From the NCBI RefSeq assembly GCF_006345805.1, contig NC_043000.1:106454001-106518000 (forward strand): DNA of 64,000 nucleotides, in the 5' to 3' direction. This document shows positions 13,437 to 26,770 of this stretch, piece after piece (position 1 is the stretch's first letter; every line of letters starts with the position of its first letter). The DNA comes from Octopus sinensis. Taxonomy: Eukaryota. Under the pieces are notes generated by a model. The model was not told the origin of the DNA. It was given only the letters and a program-made list of their open reading frames with translations, and ran no database searches. A program made the translations under genes and the position numbers.

Positions 13437-16400
13437 CAAACATACATCTCTTTTACACACACATATACTCACACTTCAAACACTGTTTACCGGCTTTTTC
13501 ACTCGTTTCCTTGTTATTCATCTATCACTCCTTCCTTTCTCATTCATATGGTGCTCTCTTTGTCACTTTATTTCATCTTTCTCATTGTCATTACTTTCTC
13601 TCACTCCCTCTCAGCCATGGCTATTACTCTCACTACTTCCCCTTCACTGTATTAGTATTTCATCTCCTCTCCTTTCACCTCTCAGTGTCTTTTAAAAGAC
13701 ACTTGGGTGAATGTCTTATACTATAGCTCTCAGCAAATCAAAGTCTTGTGAATTGAGTGCATTTAGTAGGCGGAAACTGAAAGAAGGCCATTGTATATGA
13801 ATGTATGTGTGTGTGTGATTATATATAAACTAGCACTATGACCCGGCAACGCTGGGTCATACTGCTAGTGCATGCATATACAGCTGCGTGTGTGCGCACA
13901 TACACGCAAGTACTGTCCAAACCTCCGACCAATCACATACAGCTAGCTGGCATTCAATTGGCATATCAAGTTTTGGGCATTTTGATTGGGTTTTGGATAG
14001 AAAATTCACAAAAAAGTCACTTCTATTGATTTTTTAATGGCTTTGCGGGGTGACTGGAGAAATGCAAAGATGTGCACGACCACCCTTGGACAGTTTTGAG
14101 TGACAATAGAAAGTGCGAGCCCTCTAACTGAAAAATTGTGGATTTGTATAAAGGACACACTCACACAGACATTTTGCCGTTTATATATATAGATGTTTGT
14201 GTGTGTGTGTGTGTGTATATGTATGTAAGTGTGTGTTTGTGTGTGAGTTGGTGTTTCCTTGTCTTGTCATCAAGTTGTTGTAAGTAAGCATCATCATCAT
14301 ACAAGCGGTGTCTTTCATATCCAAACTTCTGTGAAAACATGTCCAGCCATGGGAGGAAGTATTACCTTTCTTGGAAACAGGTAAAGATTTGCAACAGGAA
14401 GGGCACCTGGCTGTAGAAAATCTGCCTCAACAAATTCTGTCTGAACCATGCATGCATGGAAAAGTAGATTTCAAAAGTGGTGATGGTGACAGTGAAACGT
14501 AACTCACTTTGTCATCACTTGAAACACATCCTTTCTTTTTTTTTTACTTTTCTTTATTTTTACTTTTTTTAGGTAAATCATCACGGAAGTCTTTGTTACA
14601 GTTATTTGTGGCAGTTTTGGCACTATTTGTTATGTGGATCTCTATAGTGGCCACCATGCTGGCATCTGCTTTCGTGCTTGACAGATCTGATCATGCTATG
14701 TCTTGGTACAACCATTCCACCAACATCATCTGGGTGTTTGTTATTCCGGCTTTAACGGTGGCACTGTTTGTATTGATTTGTACAAAGCACTTTCTCTATA
14801 AAGTAAGCAAAGTTATTCTACTATATTCTTTTATGTAATTATTGATTTATTTATTTTATTTGTTTTTGTATATCTTTTGTATTGATGTGTCAATGTATCT
14901 TTGTGTTAGTGTCCTCAAGGCTCTGCAGTAAAGATGGCTCTATTAGAATTGCTGAATTTATAATTGAATTCAAGGTTATTGTTATTATCATTTTTAAGGC
15001 TGCAGCTGGCAGAATCATCAGCATGCTGGGCAAAATGCTTGGTGGCATTTCGTCTGACTTTATGTTCTGAGTTCAGATGCCATCGGGTTCGATTTTACCT
15101 TTTATCCTTTTGAGGATGAAAGGTAAAATAAAATAAAGTACCAGTTGAGCACTGGCATTGATGTATTTGATTTTCCCCCCTCTCTGGAACTTGCTGGTCT
15201 TGTGCCAATATCTAAAACCAATAATATGATAATAATAGTGGTAGTGATATCACTTAATGTTTAAAAGGAAGGCAGAAAGTTAGCAGAATTATTAGCACAC
15301 CAGGCAAAATGCTTAGCATTGTCTGTCTTTATGTTCTGTGTTCAAGTTCTGCTGTAGTTGACTCTGTCATCCTTTTGAAGTCAATAAAATAAGTACCAGT
15401 TGAGTACTGGTGTTGATGTAATCAACTTGGCCCTTGTCCTGAAATTACTAGCCTTTTGCCAAAATTTGAAATCATCATCATCATCATTATTATTATTATT
15501 ATTATTATTATTAAGGTGGCACGCTAGCAGAATAGTTAGCATGCTGGACGAAATGCTTAGCAGTATTTCACCTGTCACTATGTTCTGAGTTCAAATTCCG
15601 CTGAGATCGACTTTGCCTTTTATCCTTTTGGGGGAAATAAATTAAATACCAGTAAAACACTGAGGTTGATGTAAGGCAATGATTTAGTAGGATCATTTGC
15701 ATATTGGACAAAATGCTTGGCAGCATTTCTTTTGGCTCTTTATATTTTGAGCTCAAATCTTGCCAAGGTCAGCTTTGCCTGTCATCTCTTTGGAGATCAA
15801 TAAAATAAAGTACCAGTCAAGTACTGGGGTTAATATAATCAGCCTCCCCTCATCAATACTGGCTTTGTGCCTATAGAAAGAATTACTATCTTATTATTAA
15901 TAAGTGGTTGGCGTTAGGAAGAACATCTAGCCATAGAAACCATGCCACAACAGACAGTTGGTATCTGGACAGCTCCCTGCTAGCCAGCTCCATGTCAAAT
16001 CATCCAACCCATGCTAGCATGGAAAGCAGATGTTAAGTGATGATAATGATGATTATTAATAGGTGCAGGTATAGCTCTATGATTAAGAAGTATGGCTTTG
16101 CGTTGCACCCTACAGTGTGACACCTTTGGTAAGCATCTTCAGCTATTTCTCCAGGCTAACCAAAGCCTTTATCATTGTCATCACCATCATATCTTGTCTG
16201 TTTTCCATGCTAGCATGGGTTGGACAGTTTGACCAAAGCTGACAAGCAGGAGAGCTATACCAGGTTCCAGTCTGATTTGACTTGGTTTCTACTGCTGTAT
16301 GTCCTTCCATTTTACAGATTGTTCTGAGTGCTTTTTACATGGCACCTGCATGGTTGCTTTTACGTGGCACTGGTATGAGAGCTTTTTATGTAAATATAAT

Positions 16401-19400
16401 TGTACACAAAGGATTTATATATATGTGTGTGTCTATCTCATTGTCTTGACATTGTGTGAGAGTTCTAAAAAGTATCACCTCATACAAGTTGTATCATTCG
16501 TTTCTGGTCTTTTCATTCTTGGAAACTGGTGAGAGTTGGTGACACAGAGGGCATTGAGCTATAGGAAATCTGCCTCAGTGAATTCTGTCTGAACCAAAAA
16601 AGCATGGAAAAGTGAACATGAAAATGATAATAATTATTATTGTTGTTATTTACAATAGTAATGATTTCTAACATTTGCATGAGGCCAGAAATATTTTTGG
16701 AAGCAACACTGTTGGTTAAATGGATCCCAGTACTTGACTGGTACTCTATTTTATTGATACCTGCTTTCTTCTTAAGCATGATAGATGAAGTTAACCATGG
16801 TGGTATTGGAAAACAACTTTGCCTTTCATCCTCTAAAATAAACTATCAGCCTCAGTCAAATACTGGAGTCAATATGATCACACTGAGCTCATGTTCTGAC
16901 AATGAGGACATATTACCTTGCTTGGAAGCAGGTGAGAGTTAGTGATAGCAAGGGTATTTGGCCATAGAAAATCTCCATCAATAAATTTGTTCTGATCCAT
17001 GCAAGCATGGAAAAGTGGACATTAAAATGATGATGATGGTAATGAATTCCCTTCTGTTCTTCATGTTAAGACTTTCTGATTAGCACCGACAAATATATTT
17101 CACTTTCTCAATCTCTCTCTCTCTCCCAGAATGAAAACCTCTTCACCTTGGAAAAGTTATACTATGATGCCAATGTTGTGGTATGGTCCAGTCTATTGGC
17201 ATTACTTACCTACTACAATGTTGGTTCAGCTTATCTTCTCTCAGCTTGGTTGCTGTTCTCACTTCTTTTTAGACTGTTCAGACCCTGCATCAAAGGTGAG
17301 TCACCCTAATTTCTTATCAAATTAATGCTTTAAACTTCTTCAATATTTCCCCATACATTTTTGAGCTAAAAACCATTTATTAAAATCAGACACTGTTACA
17401 CTTTGATAAAGTCATATTAGTTGTTTATTACAGGCACTGTTTAATTTTCTTGTTTATTCTTTGATAATGTACCTCTAACTTTTTCACTAATACTTCAATA
17501 CTTCCTTGGTAAATTACTGAGTGGATGTGTTTAATGATGGTGACCAATACTAATGGTTTGAAGTTGTCAGGAGGTTGTCAAAGAAGTGTGTATGTGTGTG
17601 TGTGGGGGGGGGGGTCATTCTTAAATGCATGCATACATATGAGCAGTTGGATGGCAAAATCATTAGAATGGTGGGCAAAATCCTGTGTGGTATTTGATTC
17701 TATCTTCTTGTTTTAAGTTCAGATCCTATCCAAGTTGTCTTTGCCTTTCATCCTTCTGAAGTTGAGAAAATAAGTACTTGTCTAACAGTATGAGGGTAAA
17801 TATATATTTAGTTAACTCAGTTCATGAAGGCAGTGCCCTAGTGAGGCCCCAGTCCAGCAATTAAAACTAGTAAAATTAAAAATAAAAAGAATACACAAAT
17901 GAGGTTAAGTTGATAAACTACTGACTATACAATCATGAGATTAATGCCAGCTATAAACACTGTGAGGTAAAGGTTAAGTACATAAGTTCATTTCCTTAGT
18001 TCTGCCTTGCTGAAAGATTAATGTGACATCACACCATGCCACACTGATACACTGTAACACACTATACCATATCCCATCATATCACATTATACTATATCAC
18101 TCTTTATCACACTTGATAATACCAGACCACTTCCCACCACACTACGTACACTGCTTTATATCACATCACATGTTATGCACCATAAATCATCAAAAGTATC
18201 CTCATCTGACTACTCAGCTAGCTTGAAATAGTATTGAAATTTCCCTCACATCTCACATTACAGTATTATAAAAAGGTGTAACATGCATTGAATAATATAA
18301 TCCATGATAAACTGTCTGAAAAATAAATGGGGTACTCATGGCTGGTACACTTTTTTTTTTACATGTCTGCTTGATGAAGGCTGACTTGGGAGCTAACAAT
18401 GCAACATAGGTCACACCATACTACATTACTGTGAAACCTAACACTTGTGTGTTATTGAATTCTGTATAATTGATTTGTAAATTAACCTGATTAAAGGGCT
18501 GTTTTCACTATTTTTTCTATACTGTTTATTGTTAAGAGGAATAAAAGAATTTTCATTTTATTTCATGTGAGCATTCAAAAGTAATTTTTAATGAGAAAAA
18601 ATAATCTTTGACAAAAGAAATATATCCAACATAGTGTTTAATTTAACAAAACAGTGTTAATTAATCATGAAACATTAATTTATGATGAAACATCTTTAAT
18701 TAATAATGAAACATGTTTAATTATCAAGGAAATAATCATCAAAGAAACAGTGTTTTATTAACAACAAAATGTAAAGCTTAATTAACAATGAAGCATGTTT
18801 AATTAATGATGAAATATAACTTTTAATTAGCAATGAACATAATGTTTAATTAATAGTAAAACATCGATTTATTAATGTTTTGCTTTTGACATTAATTTTT
18901 GATAAAATATAATGTTTAATTTACAGTGACCCACATTGTTTGACGACAATGAAGCGTAACATCTAATTAATGAGGAAACATAAATAATGACAAAATGTAA
19001 TGTTTAATTAAGGAGAAAACAATAATGCCAATAAAAAAAGTATAGCTACACCATGTAACTATAATAGTAATGGTATGTGACCCTTATGAGTTTTTGTGGT
19101 AGCAATGAGAACTAGTGTACATCTAGATGTATCTTGAGTATATCCAGAATGTCTGTTTGACGGTATTTGATCCTTCTCAAGATGTATATTCTCACATTAG
19201 GAGTTTGACTTAGCACTTGCAAGTTAATGGAGCACTTGTTAATTTCATGCAGTTTCTGTTGCTCACAAGGTTGATCAGCACCATACCATGGTATCTATTT
19301 ATATGAGAGTTTAATAGAATATTGGATGTGTTGAATTGTTGTGTGAAGTGTTGAGTCTAATTATTTTGGCCCATGTTCTTCATTTCTGTGAAGAACAAAG

Positions 19401-22400
19401 GAAAATGTTGAGGTGTTACTTGAGTTGTAGGATCTACGATTGGACTCACCAAATCTGTCCTAATCTATGATTCAGAAAGCCAGTGAGTGGTGAAAGAAAA
19501 CAGAAGATCAATGCTTTCCCCCATAGGTACTGAAGAAAATGTCTTGCATTTTCCAACAAATATCAAATGAGAAGTTGTACTACAAAACTGTTTGCAATAC
19601 TGTGGTTCTAGAAATAGAACTCCAGTGACTCAGATGGATAAAGCATACCTTCAGAATAGATCAAGACATATACCAAAGATAGCATTGAAATGGGCACCTC
19701 TTGGGAAATGAAAGCCTGGATTACCCAAAAATACCTGGTGCAGAACAGCTGAAGGCCAACTGAAAGAAATGCATCTTATAAGAAGTAAAGGACAGAGTAT
19801 TGCTAAATGGAGCTGAATTATCTAAGCCTTATGCTTGAGAAGAGGATTTTATAAATGAATAATTAACATATTTACAACTCACTTTCTCCGTTACCTTCAT
19901 TTTCTGATGAAAGGCAAGGCCCAGAACATTAGATTCTACACTCTTCATGACGATTGGACTTAACTAGTTTTCTTACTAGTTAATTATTGCTGACACATTG
20001 GCTCAAGTGAAGTTAAGATGTTAAATTATTGACTGTACTGGTCATCACCAGTTTTCCTGAATCCAGATCTGATCCTACCATAATTATCTGTAATGTAGAG
20101 TGAGCAGGCACTGAAAGTTAGTTACTGTTGACAATAAATTTGGCTGGCGGTCCAACAATGTATCAACAATTATCTAAATCTGTGTCTATATGTCTTATGT
20201 GTTTGTTTTCTATAACTGTCTTGATTATCTCCTTGCTGTATAATATGTTATATGTTATTTCTGTTGACCATTTCCACAGACATCTTCATACATTGACAAA
20301 ACTGTTACATCTTTCAGGTCATATACTGCGTCTGTTGGCTGGTCACTTCGTTGCACTCTGTCTGCCCACTCTCTTGACACTCTACATGTCTCATTTATCA
20401 CTACTGTTCTTTCTTCCCATCATGGGTCGTGTTGGCTCCTTCATTGTTCCTGATGCTGCTGTTGGTGTCATGATTGCTCTCCCCATCATTGTTATCTCTG
20501 GATTCAGTGTAAGTTCATCTTCTTTCTATAGGAAACTATCTTTATTCTTTCTATTCATCATTGATCTCTGACCTTTTTCCTTTATATTTTTGGTTTCATT
20601 TTATTTTTCATTGGGAAATATAATGGGTCAAAAATCTGAACTATTTTTTCAATTCAGATTCTACCTTTCGTTTTGTCCATGGGTAATGCACTCAGGGTTA
20701 CTTGCCAATCTAAAAAAAAAACCATAATTCTTTTAAAGTTTATTTATTCTTTGCTGTTTGATCAGCATTTACTTGGAAGAATTAATCAGTTCTTTCACAT
20801 GAATTTGGGTTCAAAAGTGGCTGGTGTTTAAGTCAAAACCAATTTGGACCAGTGTATTTGCCTTGTATATAGTTAGGTTAGGGATTGATGCAAGGTTTGT
20901 TCTGGTAATTATACCAGTCTTCAGTGGCTCTTTACTGTAAATCTGTCTGAAGCAAGGTTCAAATTAATGGCAAAACAAATGAAGGTGTTTGGAGAATGAC
21001 ATATATGGCCTAATGACAAGGTGTACTTGTGCAGATACAACACCACAATACTAGACTTGTGCAAGGTAAAGGAAACTATTATATATTAATAACATGTAAC
21101 AGTCAAACAGGTTTATCGTCTTCTTTAAGCTTTTCTAAATACTTATATTGATCAATAATTTGTGTGTGACTCATCCAATATATGTTTAAGGAGAGGTCAA
21201 GTTGAGTTTAAGGTTCCTAATTAAGTTGGTGATCATTATCCTGTGGGCTATTTGGTCAGGGTATTTTGCCAAAACTTTTGTTTTAAATTTCAAAAGTTAT
21301 GGATCTCTGTATATATATATAAATAAATAAAGAGTAATGGCCCCCTTTGGTCAGGAATGACCTTGGGATTGCACCTAGAAAGTTCCTCTCCAAGGCACAA
21401 GTCTGGGCAAGGTTGTTTATGGAATACCAGCAGTTGCCCGCACATACCAGCCTCTCCTCTCCATACCACTGATGTTATCCAAGGGAAAGACAAAGGCTGA
21501 TACAGTTTGCCACCAGTGATGTTGCAACTCATTTCTACAACAGAGTGAACTGCAGCAGTGTGAAATAATGTGTCTTTGATTCTGGTCTGGGAATTAAACT
21601 CACTACTTCATGATTGTGAGCCAGATGCTCTAACCACTGAGCCATGTACCTTCACAAAAGTGTGAGATGCAGTCACCCACTTAAGTACAAACTAGATTTG
21701 GCATTGCTTAACTTTGGTGATCGAACAAGAACTGGCGTATTCAATGTGATAAGGCTGTAAGAACACACACATCTGTGCATAACTTATTTTTTTGTATTCT
21801 TAGCTTATAATTAATAAAAAGATAGCATGATATATCACTCCAGTATTCCATAAGTAAATACCTAGAGCAATCTTTATAGAAACCACCTAATAAGTAAATA
21901 ATTAAGTACAGGAATGAATATTAAACTAATTCTATGTAATCTTCCCATTCTAATGTTGAAAATTGGTATATATACTCATTTTATCTATTCTAGTTTTAAT
22001 ATCATTTTTAGTAATGTTATCTTTATACAACATAATATTATTTATATACGATCATCCGTAGTACCCCATGATAATTTCCTCTGTATTAATATCATAGGTT
22101 TTATTAGCATCTTGCCCCTTTAACTGGTAATTAGCATCTTGATTTGGGGTCTTCCCCTACCCAGCCTCCTTTATAGACAGTTACTTTTACAAATCCTAAA
22201 ATCCTGACACTATTTATGACCATACCCAACTATAAACTGTCAACTCATTCCTGCCCGCCATTCTAAACAGGCACTGTCCTCTAGCCTTAGATTTGGTTGT
22301 TGATGAAAAAAGACTAATAAATTAAAAATGAACCACAATCCTTTACAATCTATGACCCTAACAAACTTCATACAGTTCTTAGAAGTGTAGTATATTTTTA

Positions 22401-22933
22401 GCTATATTAGTAGCTAATAATGTACTCTCTTCCCCGTCTTACTCTCTTAGAGAATTTGAGTAAAATTATATTAATGTGTCCAACTGATTAAAAATTTTAT
22501 TTATTTATGCAGCCGAGGATAGCCTTGCATTTAAATTGATGTAATGATTGCATTGTTCAATTAAATGGAGCCACTTGAAACTGTCATTCTACATTACCTC
22601 TTGATACTCCTGTTGCATATTTTGATTATATATATATATTATATATAGAGATATGTGTGTGTGTGTGAGTGTGTGTGTGCATATGCATACATGCATGTAT
22701 GGCAAAGTGGTTAAGAATTTCATTGCTCAATTATAATGTTCTATGTTTGAAGCTACTATGTGGCATTTTAGGCTAAGATGTCTTTTACCATATTCTTGGG
22801 TTGATCTAAGTATTATTAATGAAATTAGATTGGCAGAAACTATGGAAGCTGTCCTGATGGACTCTGCTTATACTTACATGCATGCATACATACATACATA
22901 CATACACACACAAACACACACACACACACACAC

Positions 22934-22969
<36 letters not shown>

Positions 22970-25900
22970 TCATTGTTTTAATGTCCATCTTTTCATGCTT
23001 GCATAATTTGGACAGTGTTTATTGAGATGTATTTTCTTTACCAGATGCCCTTCATGTTACCAACCCTTACCTGTTTTCAAGGAAAGTAATATTTCCTCAT
23101 AGCCAGACATATATATGCAGATTGTTGCAAAAGAATGACATTGTTTGTCTGACACTGACTCTTACAACTATCATGTGATAAGGAGACTTACTCCCCCCCC
23201 CCCCCACACATGCATACAAATTTAAAATAGTAAGGGTGAAAAATTGAATATTAATTTGAATATCAATTTAAAACCAGTGGTCTACATATTGAAAAATCTG
23301 AAGTTTCAGAAAAAATTATATTACATACATATAAGAGGTCTTATATGGTCTTACCACTTAGTGGTAAGACCCTAGCAGATCTTCTTCTAGCATAATGGAT
23401 GTCCACTTACAAGTCATCCCTCTTATATATATATACATATACAACTGGCTTCTTTTAATTTCCATCTATCATATCCATTCACAAGGGCCAGCCTAGGGCT
23501 ACAGAAAAAGACACTTACCCAAGGTGCAACACAGTGAGACTGAACCTGAAAACTGTGTTTGGGAAGCAAACTTTATAACTACACAGCCACACATGATCCT
23601 GTTTGAGAACTACGTTAAGGGAATTTGTCTCTGACTTGCTGCTTCAAAATGCACCATAAATGTTCAACTATATTAAGAATCAATTATTGTAGGGAATAGT
23701 CCAAGCAGTCTTCATCACTTTTGTGCTGACTCACAGCAGCTAATGTGTGAATCAACACATTATCATCTGGGAAGATTGCACTACTACCAGGGAACAATAC
23801 TTGTAATGTAGAATGAACATGATCAGTGAACTTACTCAGATAATCTTTGGTGTTAAATTGACCATGTAGAACAACTAAAGAGTCATGTGAATTCTGTGAC
23901 ATGGCTATGCAAATCATCACAGAGCTACCTCCATGCTTCACTGCAGGGGTCAAATTGTCAGGATGAAGGCTTATTTGGGCTGTCTCCAGGAATAAACTTA
24001 CTCTTAGGTGGGGTGGGGGGGGTGAGTAATGATTCATCAAAGATGACATTGTTCCCTTGAGCCAATGACCACTTCTGATAAGTCTTGAACTTCATTTTTT
24101 TTCTGCTTATCAGTGTTGATAAGGGATAGTTGAGGTTTAAGCAGTTGCAGCCCTCCTATGCTATACAGATTTATGGAGTACAAAACAAATGGTTTTAGTT
24201 GACACACAGGTGGTTTAGTTTTGCTGTCAGTTTAGCTGACAGTTCAATGGTTTTTACAATCACTCTCTATGAGCTTTGCCTTCTGTCCAGAATTATGCTT
24301 ATTAGGGCTGGTTTTACCTTGGTTTTGGAATGTCAACATGATTTTAGAGATTTTCCTGAAACATTAAACAATTCAGTTGTTTGAAACATCAAAAATTTAT
24401 GCTCTTTGAAAATCAAGTATTTAATGCATTTTTACTTATTTAAATACATAAAGCTGCAAAAAAATGAAAAACAGAGCTAGGTCATGAAATACAAAATATA
24501 CATAATTCAAATGAATACATATCTACAGACGAGAACAGGTTTTACTTTGTTATGTTGCCAATAGAAAAAGTAGTGCAATAAAAAGTGATGATTTTATTAT
24601 TTTATCCAACCCTTATGTGTATTAATATATGTATATATGTGTATGTGTGAGTATCTATCTGTCTGTCTGTCCGCCTGTCTGTCTCTCTGTCTGTTTGTCT
24701 ATCTGTCTGTCTGTCTATCTATCTATCTGTCTGTCTGTCTGTCTGTCTATCTATGTATCTGTCTGTCTATGTATCTGTCTATCTATGTATCTGTCTGTCT
24801 GTCTATCTGTCTGTTTGTGTGTGTGTCTGTCTGTCTGACAATCAATCAATCAATCATGTTGTATTGAAGCTGAAAACAACTTCACAAACTGTTACACAGA
24901 GTTTCATATATCCGGACATCAGACAGTCATAAATATTTTGAGCAGTTGTATGGTTTATAAATGACATTAATAAACCATAATGTTGTTCTAAATATGCGTG
25001 GGTATCTAAGTCAGTTCTGTGAAACTCAGAGTAACAGTTTATGAACCCTTCAGAGTTTCAATACAACGCTATTTTACGCTGCCTTTTTTTTGTATTATAA
25101 TGTGATTTTCTTCCCTGTGTTCTACAACTATGTGCACATGTGTATGTGTGTGTGTGTGTGTGTGCATATATATATACACAGTATACATTTAAACACATAA
25201 GAGGTATCATCATCATCATTGTTTAATGTCTGCTTTCCATGCTAGCATGGGTTGGACAATTTAACTGAGGACTGGCAGACCAGATGGCTGCACCAGACTC
25301 CAATCTGATCTAGTACAGTTTCTACAGAGTTCCTAACGCCAACCACTCCAAGAGTGTAGTGGGTGCTTTTATGTGCCACCGGTACGAGGGCCAGTCAGGC
25401 GGTACTGGCAGCGACCACACTCAAATGGTGCTTTTTATGTGCCACCTGCACAGGAGCCAGTGTAGCGGCACTGGCAACGACCTCGCTCGAATGTTTTTAA
25501 ATTCCAAACCACTATTAGGGATAAAGTTTTGAAGGGAATGAAAAATAAAAACATTTACCATCTAACTCCTGGACCAATAGTTTCATATTTTTTTAGCAAA
25601 TAAAATAATTTGCTAGGAGAAGTCTTCTTCAGCAGGTACACCTTAGATTAAATATATATACATGAGGCAATCAAGTATGTGCCCCGTGCTTATACATTCT
25701 AATTTTTCAAATCTACCATGCAAGCACAGCTCCTTGTCAGCAGTAAATAAAATGCCGGCTTTTTGATTTGAAAATTATCCAGAAAAATTATCAATGATTA
25801 ATAATATCAAAGGGTAATCAGAAATATTTGAAATTTCCATTACCAGTGGCCTAGCATGTAAAAAAATTTAGTCAATAAACTATATATTATTCATATAAAT

Positions 25901-26739
25901 ATAGTGTACATTCAAACACATAAGAGGTATCCATCATAGGATTCCTTGAACGCTAGAAAGGAAAGTTAAATTCCAAACCACTATTAGGGATAAAGTTTCG
26001 AATGGAATGAAAAATAAAAACATTTACCATCTAACTCCTGGACTAATAGTTTCATATTCTTTCAGCAAATAAAATAATTTGCTAGGCGAAGTCTTTTTCA
26101 GCAGATACACCTTCGATTAAATATATATACACAAGGCAATCCAGTATATGCATATATGTATATATATGTATATAATATATATGTATATATATAGGCGTAG
26201 GAGTGGCTGTGTGGTAAGTAGCTTGCTTATGAACCACATGGTTCCAGGTTCAGTGACTTCTACTATAGCCTTGGTCTGACCAAAGCCTTGTGAGTGGATT
26301 TGGTAGACGGAAACTGAAAGAAGCCCGTCGTATATATGTATATATATATATGTATGTGTGTGTATATGTTTGTGTGTCTGTGTTTATCCCCCCAACCAAT
26401 GCTGGTGTGTTTACATCCCCGTAACTTAGCAGTTCAGCAAAAGAGACCGATAGAATAAGTACTAGGCTTACAAAGAATAAGTCCTGGGGTCGATTTGCTT
26501 AACTAAAGGTGGTACTCCAGCATGGCCACAGTCACATGACTGAAACAATCATGTAAACTGTTTTTAACATTTTCTTATTATTATCAGAGAATGTATATAT
26601 GTATTTTAATACTTTTGATAATCTTTTCTAAAAAAACCGGTCAAGTGAATAAACATCTTTAAAATTGCATTTTTAAACCTTCTTTCATATATATTTCCAC
26701 TCACATATATATTTCCACTTACAACTTCACTTTGTTATG

Positions 26740-26770
<31 letters not shown>

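Noticed and set aside
12965-13726. 253-aa ORF overlapping the end of exon 4
   Set aside because: Runs through a repeat element and CA/CT microsatellites in a frame different from ERMP1; composition is low complexity.
18620-19030. CRISPR-like or regularly spaced repeat-spacer array (also 29210-29550)
   Set aside because: Units are degenerate and contiguous without unique spacers; eukaryotic context; no cas genes.
20280-20317. Upstream acceptor ccacag| at 20279 as the start of exon 7
   Set aside because: In the required phase 1 it gives GAC ATC TTC ATA CAT TGA (stop). The acceptor at 20317 keeps the frame.
21840-22480. Mitochondrial insertion (NUMT)
   Set aside because: No recognisable mitochondrial protein, rRNA or tRNA motif on either strand.
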